Assembly (NCBI RefSeq): GCF_009914755.1
Contig: NC_060926.1
Length of the DNA: 64,000 nt
Source: the human T2T-CHM13v2.0 reference genome, Homo sapiens
Reading direction: 5' to 3' (one strand)
This document shows, in pieces, positions 54,200 through 64,000 of this stretch. The notes below the pieces were generated by a model. It was given only the letters and a program-made list of their open reading frames with translations. It was not told where the DNA came from and made no database searches. Made by a program: the position numbers and the translations under genes. The first letter of the stretch is position 1. Every line of letters starts with the position of its first letter.

Positions 54200-57100
54200 C
54201 CTTTGTTTAGGTTAGTTTAATGGAGTCACACTAAAGTTTATAAAGATCAATACAATATGAATGGCTAATTGACAAACATTTATATTTCAGTGTTAGGAAA
54301 TATGGTAAGATTAGGAAAACAATTAAGACAATGATTTATACAGAATTGACTAGTTCAGGCAATGAAAACTTCACAGATTACAGTTTAACACGATTAAACA
54401 TCACATATAACATACATGTATGACAAACAATGCTTCTGCTTTTGATATTAACATACCATCAATTTTACACATGAAAAATATTGCCAGTTCAACTTTGGGT
54501 TATAACATGTATAATTTTTTGATAAGACATTTCAAATTACAACATATCTCAGGCAGCATGCAGGAAGAGTCATTTATTGTATGTTTGTTAGGACACACCT
54601 TGCAACAAGCTTCCAGTTTTTGGTAGTTAGATCAAGAATATAGAAACCATTGAAATGATAGTATGGTTGAAATCAGCAGTTGTGTTTACTGGCTGAGAGC
54701 ATTTCTGGTAAAAATAAAACTCTGAAATCATTCATTAACAAAATGCACAGTGATCATAAACTCAATTCTTTAAAAATTGTTTTTCACAATTCTCATTTAT
54801 TGGTGATATGGCAGCTGCAGGAAGTCTGAATTCTGAGAGTTGGTTGTACATAACCTCAGGAATTTATTCTTCTGTGGGCTTACATGATTACGACAGAGAT
54901 GCTTACCCTTTGAAATCACATATAACGATGGTGCTATACAAACATCACAAATATTTGGTGTCTGAGTCTTAACAAATATTATGTTTTTTTTTAATCACAA
55001 AGAGACTAGATTAACAGGCAGTGTAAATCACATATATCTTAAGATTTTAAAAATACATTTTATACAATAGGTTTCTAATTTCTTCACTAGCATTTTATTT
55101 TGGTGTGTTTTGTCTTCATACTTATAGTCCTAAAGGAAACTATGAATCTCTGGCTCATGCCATGAAAGTCAGTAAGATTGATATTTCCCCACAGGAATAT
55201 GGCTGAGTGTACATTGAATCACAGAGTCAACAAAGTAACATCTAATTTACAACAGATTACTTTTAAAATTCAAATAAAATCTAATTATTTTAAAAGACAT
55301 CAGTTTGAACAAAATTATAGGAGTCAAAATTTTTATTTACAAAACATTTGAGTATATTTGAAATGGCTAGTTCTTGCTAACTGCACAACTTAAATATTCT
55401 TGGTGCACATAGTCTGTCAACCTTCTGTACAACATTGTTAGACTGCTCAGTTAACTTACATGGAATGGTTAGGTAGGTGGGAAAATTATATGGCAATTTT
55501 CATCCATTCAAAGTGCTTGAAAGGGAATGTTTTGATGCTTTTCATATTAGAGAAGATCTGTCATTAATGTTGGTGCCTTTAATTTGAAAAGATTAGCTAA
55601 AATTTCCAAAATGTAATTTAGTGCAGTATAAGAATTATAGGAAAGATTGATAAATTTATCATCAAATGCTGGAATTCTAATCTAGCATTATGCAGTTGAT
55701 CCAAGTCATTGTACCTCTCATTTACAAGGCTTCTGTGTACTACATTGGCTTAAAAAATATTTTCCTTGGTCCTTAGAAATACAAAATATTCATTTTCAAA
55801 AGTTAGAGAATGTTAGGGTGTTTCTTACAATCACATTCATAATAAAAGAAGATAATCTACATTTTACAGATCATTAAACAATGGTCTTTGGCAGAAGACT
55901 TTATAAATACCTCCACTTTTAACGTTTCGTTTAGGCCATTTTCCTTTTTAATGATATCAGGTATATGGTCACGTGTTCACTAAGAGTAGTTAATAGGAAA
56001 ATACCACAGATATAAAAATATTTGTTTAGTGCATTTTTTTGAACCTTCAATTCAGAGTGAATCAACTCATTAATACTAGAGAAGATACTTTATGCAAGCA
56101 TTTCTAACAGTGTTGCTTAAGATCATAATTTCAACAATATGGTCAGCAAAGAGAGTATGTATACCTCTATTCCCCCACAAAATTTTATCACTGAAACACA
56201 CTGAAAGAATGTGCTGGAATCTTTTTCATTATAATACATTGTGTTTCCCACAAAATGAGTAATATATGATGCATATACCATTATGTGTGTGTGTCTGTGC
56301 GTGCACTCGAACGGCAAGTCGTGGAGATTACATTCATTGGCAGCAAAGAATAGAAACGGAAAAATTCAGTTAAGTATTACTGATAAACCACCACTAAGGA
56401 ATTTCAAAGTGTAGTGAAGTTATTTAGAAATAACCGTAGACATGGGAACAAACTTTAGGATCAACTACGGGAATATTAGGATTTCTTACTTCATTTTTCA
56501 AGGTAACATCTTTTTCTCTGCATTTTTGCCTCCCTTCTACCTGCCCCCTGTCAGTCTTTGAAGGTCATTTGTGATGGGTCCTTCAAACTGTGAATACAGA
56601 ATATGAATAGGCTATTCTTCCCTTTTTTGCCCTGTATAGGAAATTCATGATCACCTCTTAGGGAGACAAGGTTTCTGGCATTATGATATGCCACCCTTTT
56701 CTTTATGGATTGACTATTGTGCTTGCTCGGTATGAGTTCAGTTTACTATCAAAATTGTCCACCAAGTTATTCAGTGGGAAACACAATTGCCATCAGTAAC
56801 CATCAAAGGCAAGAGAAGTCCTAGATTCATTTCCTACCTGAATCCTCCCTTCTGGCCTGCCCCTCTGAGAACACTCCAAAGGCACAGACCAGTGTTCTGT
56901 GCACGTACACAGTATGTACAATATGCTAGTTCCTTTCTTTGCCCTTGTCCAGGAAGTTACCAATGTCTCCTCGGTGTGAGCTTCCTACTGTCTGTAAAAA
57001 TTAATAGATGGAACCCAGGCAAGTCCTGTTGTAATAACAGTTGTGCCAACAATTATTATTATGGCTTATTGGAAGAGTGTTGAATTGTACCACTGACCTA

Positions 57101-57832
57101 CGAAAACCACCACAAAGGACACTGAAAGGCAAAGCTGTTGTGGGATAAGAAACAATTTGCTGTTATCTTCTAATATCAAGACCTTTTTAATGGACCACAC
57201 ACATAAGGGTCTTGACAATATGTAACTTTTTTTCTTAAGCTAAGAGAAAATTTTAATTTAGGCTTGTTTCAAGATTTCAAGGCTTGAGCCAATACAGAAA
57301 CCATGGACTGTAGACAAAGGGAAGTCCCCACTGTAATTTAGCCTTGAGCTTAAGAGTTTCTGTTAAAAAAAGAGAGAAAGAGAAAACAAGAAATCAACCA
57401 CTATGGACGGCAAAAGTTGGGAATGAGGTCAAGGCTCCTCATTGTTTGAAATAGTCTGAGTGAAACCCTGTCAGTCTGATCCAGCTCCTTCCCCTGCAAA
57501 GATGTATTTCCCGTCACGAAGTGGCCAGAAGTGGGTGATTGTTCTAAGTACCTTGTTGGTGAGGCTTTAACTTTGATTAAAAAATAGGGTGTGCAAATGA
57601 AGATGTACACAATGGTGGAAACACAGGAAGGAGTGACTGTGATTTCGTTAGAGCTATTTGGTAATCAGGTGTGAGTGAGAGGAATGGGACAATGGGGAAA
57701 AGAGCCGATGAGAAAATGTCCTCAGCGACAGACAATGGACACTGAAATGCTGAAGCTATGACCAGCAACAGGGGAGGGTCACAGATTTTAAAGCACACGG
57801 AACACAGTATCATACTTCAGTTATTCTAATTC
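54200..57832 (-). other. Putative terminal exon / long 3' UTR of an unidentified gene
   Basis: Repeat-free and U-rich on the minus strand; several AATAAA/ATTAAA signals; Pumilio element overlapping AATAAA at 55332-55341; candidate acceptors at 57832, 57097 and 56991. Confidence 0.45.
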
Positions 57833-58760
57833 CTGAAAAAGAGCTACCATTCCAAAATATCTGACAAGTTTGGTTTCTCCTAAGGGAGGCCTGGAGTGAC
57901 AGTTACAACATTTTTCTCCAGAATATCACTGTTAAGCTTACATTTCCAGCCTCCTTTTACATACTTTGAATTGCTTTTGTGTATCAAAATGCATATGAGT
58001 ATTTTAAGTATCCACAAATGTGATATTTTCAGGTTAGAATTCAGGAAACATACATGTGTGTGCACACATACACACATATAACCCACAATCTTAAGTTCCT
58101 TTTCCTAAGCCATTTTTACAAGCAGAGTTACTTTCTGACTCTCTGCTTTCAGTTCTGCACCAATTCAAATGAGAGACCCTAGAAAGGAGCCTCCAGGGAA
58201 CTCCAGCTACTGTATACATCATCTGTGGTTTTCAAGCTTCTTGAGCCTTGTGAGTCTTTGAAAATGAATTCTAAAACTAAAACTCACTCATAGCCAGCAA
58301 TCCTTTTAGCTCAGTCAGTCATACACAGCACTCTTCAAAACAGTAGACTGTGTCATTAAGTATAATTTAGTACTGTTACACAGTGGTTTAGCATTAAGAC
58401 AAATCAGCCAGAGCTAATCAGTTAGAGAAAGGTGTCCAGGGTCATTTTCTAGGCCCTGGGGAAGTCAGGCAAAGTAGATCAGCTGTGGGGTTTTAAAAGA
58501 ACTAGATAAGCTGATTAGAAATCTCTCTGACTGGAGAGGCTGCCTCAGACTCAGTTATGCCAGAAAAAGACATAAGGATTAATGTCCCTTAAAATTATAT
58601 TTTAAGTCTGAATGGTGGACATATCTCCCATATATCTGAATGCATTATCTTTATAAAGAACCTACCTTTTAAGCATTTAAACCTTTTCTTAAGGGAAAGC
58701 ATAATTAAGCAGTGGGTGACATTGTTCATTCTTGGCCACTCAGAATGCTGTGTCATAGAT

Positions 58761-58951
58761 CAATGATTCTCAAATTTGAGCATGCATCAGAACCATCCTA
58801 GGGGCTTATTAAAGTCCATATTGCCAGGGTCACTCCAAAATTTTTGATTCATAGATCTGGGCTGAAGTCTCAGGTGGGACTGGATAATTTGCATGTCTAA
58901 CAAATTTCCAGTTGCTGATGCTGCTTGTTTGGGGAACAAACTTGAGACTCA
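58761..58951. mobile_element. MER5A
   Basis: CAATGATTCTCAAATTTGAGCATGCATCAGAA...ATTTGCATGTCTAACAAATTTCCAG..GCTGATGCTGCT. Confidence 0.88.
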
Positions 58952-61903
58952 CAAAAGCTGCTTATTTTTAATCACCCTAATTGCACTCTGGGGACAAAGA
59001 TTTTCCATGTGGAATGTGAAGGTCAATATTGGATTTCCCCCACCAGACATTCTTACAATGTGGGTAAGGGACAGATTATATTTGTGCTAGTTTAATTATA
59101 GAGAATCTTTAGGTTCAGAAGTTTAATCAGTATATAGAGCAAACCTATAAGTAAAATATGATTCAAAATGTGAGTCCCTACAAGTCTATTTGTAGAAAAT
59201 TCTATGGCCTCTATTCATAGAATACTATTTTAGTAATAGCGTTAAAATGATCTCTTGTCACCTAGGTGATATTTTCTCTCTCACCTCAGGATTATTACCA
59301 TAACAGCTAAATTTGTTCACAATTTCTTGAATGAACACAAGGGTTTGCTGACTTGGTTTTTTTTTTTTTTCCTAGTCAAATCCATTTTAAAGTATATCAA
59401 ATGCAAGGACTTATAGAAAAGAGTGAACAGAGGGAAGGAACATCAAGGGGCAATGCATGAAATTCAGTTGGTGAAAAATTAAGTTGAGCAACTGTCGGGA
59501 CATGTAATTAGAATCTGCAGTTTGTTCAACTGCTAGGTGGATGTGGGTCAATCCAAGAGGCGGGATTGGTGCAAGAAGTTGAGGAAGACGAGATGAGCGT
59601 GTGTGAATGAGCAGCTGTCTGTGAGGAAGAAAGGCTAAATCTATTCACAGGTTCTCTTCCTTAAACAAGCACCTGCCACTGATTGACAGCTCTACCAAGA
59701 TTGCTTAAGGCAGACATCCGCTGAAAATGCTTATGGTGCATACTTGTTTTTAAAAAGATGGAAAAACCTGCCTTCTCAATTTAGTATTTCCTAATCAAAT
59801 CTGAAATGGGGGGCAAATTCAACGTGAGGGATTTATTAAAATATGAAAATACAGTCCTTACTGCATTAAAATAGCTCTATATAGAAATTTATAATGAGAG
59901 AAGGAAAAGTAATTTTATCCCTTGGCAGAAGTCTTAGTAATCACTGGAATTATAACAGAAATATTAGCTATTTTAATTTTCTTTCTCAATATTGAGTCTC
60001 ACAAGATCATTTTATCGGTTGCAATGTCAGTAATTTTTGCTTACCTTTCCCCCTGACAAATTTAGCTTTGTGCCTCAGTGGTAATAAAGTTGGAATATAT
60101 TACTGCTATGAAGCTGAAATAGTTTTGCCATTTCCAATGACATTCTAACTGGGATTCCTTCAAGAGAAAGCTTACATTTATTCCACTAAAACATTCTTTG
60201 TTTATGCAAGCAGAGTTCACTATGGTTGCTTTTTCTTTCTTCTTTTCTTCCACCCCATGGAAATGTCTACATTCTTTTGCTATGTTTCGTCTGTTGTGCA
60301 ATTTCATTTTGCTAATGAGGCATCTGAGCTGTGGCCGACCGGTTGATTGCTAAGGGTGAGATTTAAGTCTTTTGTGAAATCCTTTTGAGTAGTCATTTAC
60401 TCCATGACAAGGGAGGCATTTAAAAGACAGTTGAATCTGTAGCAGATGAATTTTTTCTCATCTTCCTTTAGAATAATTACACCTTTAAATATCTTTCTGC
60501 CTGGTCATTGCACATCCTGTTTGTAATTCACATACTTTAGTAAAAAATAACTGGTTAGTTTTTTTTCCTAAAAGATTAAGCACACTGACTAAAAAATAAA
60601 AGTAGAATTACTATAAGAAACTGTATGAACTTAAAGTTTTCATTTAAAATAGTGGTTTCAGCCTTAAAAAGGTCACTGATTTGGAATCCATTCCAATCTC
60701 ATTACATTTTCTACTGTACACTTCTTGAAAAGGGAGAAATTACTCATTCCTCTCAGGGAAGGGAGACTGTTTTTCCAACCGTGCACATGGAATTATTTCA
60801 AAATAAATGTTTATATTTCTATCAGACTTCATGTGGTTACATGGGCTTGACAAGTGCATTGGTGACCCAATATGGGCAGCAGCTGGCTCACAACTTAAAG
60901 TACCTTCAACCCATACACATAAGTGGATGATAACAGGGAAACACTGACCATACGGGGCTTGATGTGTTCTGGAAAATCAAGCTAAAGGTGAAGTCTTCCC
61001 ATTTAATGATGAGGACAATCAAGTCCAGAGAGAGCTGAAGATTCCTCACCCTCTGAAACAATTAAAGATTCCTTTTCCAAAGAGAAAAGCCTTTGGGTCT
61101 TCTCTCTGGTGACTTTTTGATGTTAAAATGAAGAGAACACTGTGTCCTCAGAGATGAAGAGTGAGATGTTCTCTAGTTTGCTGTTAAAAGATGAGAGCTG
61201 GAGTTGTAACTCACTGAAATAGAACCACATGCCTCAAAGTCCAAAAGAGCAACAGGCAGAGTTAAGAAAATCCAGTGATGAATTAGCATCAACACCTAGT
61301 AAAAGAATTCAGCAATGGTGAGGCAAATGATCTTTGTAATAAGATTTTCCCAACTTGAAATGTTGAATAAAAGACCCTATATCAAACTTACACAGGTCTT
61401 GGCTCATGGTAATCTCTGGATGTGTGTGTTGGGTCTGAATCCATTTATCTTATTAGTGGAAGACAGAATGTGAAATTAAGAAAATTAATATTTCTATTTC
61501 TGTTAGAGGAAAGTTTCTTGATAGGTTTCAAAATGGCCCCATTAAGCAATCTCAAATTGATAAAATGTAGACCAAAATGGAAGGTTAATTTAATTAGAAT
61601 GCCATAAGTGGACTCTTCCTGACTAAATCAAAGACTAGTGTTAATTTTCTTAAATTACTCTGTTTTGAATTCTTTATATACCATTTAGGGTACCTAATAT
61701 AATACTTTGCACAAAATAAATGCTTGATTTATGAAATTGTATATCTGAAGAAATATAAAAGGCTCTAACTTTTGATTTTAAAATTGTTTCACTCTCTTGA
61801 CTGTATAGTTTATGAGCCTATGATCCTGGAAAACACGCTTGCTAAACTGACCAATTTTTTGCTTTTTTTTTGGTTTGATTTCTTTTTTATTCTTTTTCCT
61901 TAG

Positions 61904-61957
61904 GTAATTATCCAGTTGATATTTATCTTGTTCCAGTCACCTTTAGAAAGCTGTTTG
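61904..61957 (+). other. Candidate 54-nt internal exon
   Basis: CTGAC branch-like site, ~45-nt pyrimidine tract free of AG, TAG acceptor; TTG|GTGAGT donor. Confidence 0.5.
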
Positions 61958-63251
61958 GTGAGTACAATGTTAATATAGAGACAATCAGAATGGTGTGTGC
62001 TTTTGTACAAAACTTGTGGATCCATCAATGAGGCATCTGCCATTTTTTCTTTCTTCCCCTCTATATTACAAGTTCTGGAATGCCTGTTCTAATTCTCCAA
62101 GGAGAATTAGAAAATAAAAGGCAGAGTCTAGAGCCATGTCAATATCCTCCCACAGAATGTGTATGGAGAATATTCCACTGGGAACCATGATAGATAAAAA
62201 CTTACCAGGAAGAGCAAAACATCAAGAGAGTCTGACAAAAGCTCTGCCCTCCTCTGTAACCCAGCAGCCTCTGCAGAATCATCCTTTCTTCATTGTTTTA
62301 AAATGTTGTTAAATACCTTGTCAGTTGCTTTAAAGGGACCCAGACCCATTCTGATATTTTTACAAAATAAATCCAGTCTTTGGGTAAAGGTATAGTAATA
62401 CTATCCATGGATCTGATGTTGAGTCGTGGAGGCTTCAAGCTCTGAAGAAGTATGAACTAATTCTAAACAGTGATTAAGCAATTATTATTTTCATTTTACT
62501 AATGACATGACTTCTAGAGTTGGAGTGTCAGAATATTCTCTTGGAAGAAAAGGATGCAAGTGTAGACACCTCATCACTAGGTCCAATCCACCTCACAGTG
62601 CTACTTTCAGTTTTGTAAAAATTGGTCACGGCAACAAGTTTGAAATAATAGGTTCACTCTCAAACTGGCAACAAGCACGTGATTGAGCTGCATGAATCTG
62701 GAAAGGCTTGTCAAACAAAACAGGCTGGTTCACAGCTGAAAGAAAAAAAATACTTCTGGCATTGTACTAAATTCAGAAACCGTATCCGACAAGGGGCTGA
62801 GCTGAGGTTGTGGTATGGCCCCAGTCCTAGGATTGGTCCCACCTACTTTGCCTAGTTCCTGACCACATCTGGTAATTCAGTGGTGATGTGATTATGACAT
62901 TAACAGTGATAGGTTTCCCCTGCTTAGCTGCTTATTTGATTGTGGATAATGTGTGAATGGGAGCAGGAGAGGCAGTGGTTGGGCGCTGATGTGTTAATGA
63001 ATCCCATGTCTCAATAATTAACACATCTTCTGGATAGCTTTGCAAAAATGCAATCTTTGCTTCAGATTTCACATTTAAGAGCATCTCCCTTTGCTTTGTG
63101 TTTAAAGTTTAAACATTCAGTCCAAATTTTAAAGGTGATAAGCAAATTTAGTGTATTTTGAAGGAAGGAAAACTTTTTTCCTTTTCACTTTTCTCTCACC
63201 ATGTACAGTTGTTTCTGAAGAATGTGTCTAGGGATTGAGTCAGAACTATCA

Positions 63252-63344
63252 GGCTGGGCAAAGTGGCTCATGCCTGTAATACCAGCACTTTGGGAAGCCA
63301 GGGCAGGCGGATCACCTGAGGTCAGGAGTTCGAGACCAACCTGG
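63252..63344 (+). mobile_element. AluS left-arm fragment (3'-truncated)
   Basis: GGCTGGGC...GATCACCTGAGGTCAGGAGTTCGAGACCAACCTGG, then homology stops abruptly. Confidence 0.9.
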
Positions 63345-63359
63345 AAAGAGCTCCTAGAA

Positions 63360-63790
63360 GAGTCACTGGTAGAACCAACTGCTCACAGCTTCTTTGGGTG
63401 CTAGACTCATTTAACAACCAGTTGTTGGAAAAATTTTCAATCCTTTTTGATAAGAAAGGTTCTCATAAAAAAAAAAACAACTAAATCTATGCAGAATTTG
63501 TGAGAACAACCTGAGAATATCAAGAATATTTTAAGTCTCATACATATATTTATCATAGACTTATCTGTCTCAAATAAGATCTGGAGTGTCAAATTTCTCA
63601 CAGGATTACCGATGGCAGTAAAAACCTTGTTCTCCTTAGAGTTTTGGACTGAAACTTCAAAGACAATATTTTCTTCTAAATTTAACAATAACAGTTGTAG
63701 TTAAAAATAACTTTCCATTATAATATGATGTTATCCTTTGCTTAGATTCAATGCTACAAAAGTTCTGTTGATGAAATAGAAATAAAACAA
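63360..63790 (-). mobile_element. Possible old hAT transposase remnant
   Basis: ORF 63437-63688 loosely resembles the hAT C-terminal dimerisation region (..INICMRLKIFLIFS..RTF); weak. Confidence 0.3.
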
Positions 63791-64000
63791 AGTCTTTCCA
63801 CCATTTCCAAGGGCAAGTGTCCTAGACGGGCTCCAGTATGTAATGCAGTGGCTGGTTAAGTAGTTTCCAATAACTTGGTATTGACATTACTGCCCCTTCT
63901 GCAATCTCACTCCTTACTCTTGATAAGAGAGCTCTGAGAAATCTCAGGTACCAACTGTTTGAAAGGGCTAGTTTGCCTGTTAGCAGGATCTTGGAGGGAA

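Noticed and set aside
55968-55975. GTCACGTG (USF/TFE-type E-box); also CACGTG near 62676
   Set aside because: Isolated short motifs expected by chance in 64 kb
56881-56902. Hairpin GCACAGA-CCAGTGT-TCTGTGC resembling an iron-responsive element
   Set aside because: The CAGUGU loop is not closed by the canonical 5-bp stem with a bulged C, and it lies on the strand opposite the putative UTR

Overview
AT-rich simian primate (human-like) genomic DNA with no CpG island. Positions 1-53 kb are dominated by fossil transposable elements: Alu J/S, L1PA/L1M, L2, MIR, MaLR and ERV1 solo LTRs, and hAT MITEs. They include an 11-kb nested minus-strand L1 stack (22.9-34.1 kb) and a near full-length L1MA (38.0-45.5 kb). 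No intact protein-coding gene can be supported. The ORFs with recognisable protein homology are decayed L1 fragments (plus one weak hAT-like frame); the others lie in Alu/LTR repeats, microsatellites or are short chance frames. The repeat-poor stretch at ~53-63 kb looks like the 3' end (terminal exon/3' UTR) of an unidentified minus-strand gene, with a well-formed 54-nt plus-strand exon candidate nearby. I see no evidence for a novel biological system. The best observations are a ~104-bp L1PA7 3' transduction, several repair or insertion scars, and candidate exons and enhancers. Repeat subfamily names come from recalled consensus sequences, not from a search, and old-element boundaries are approximate.
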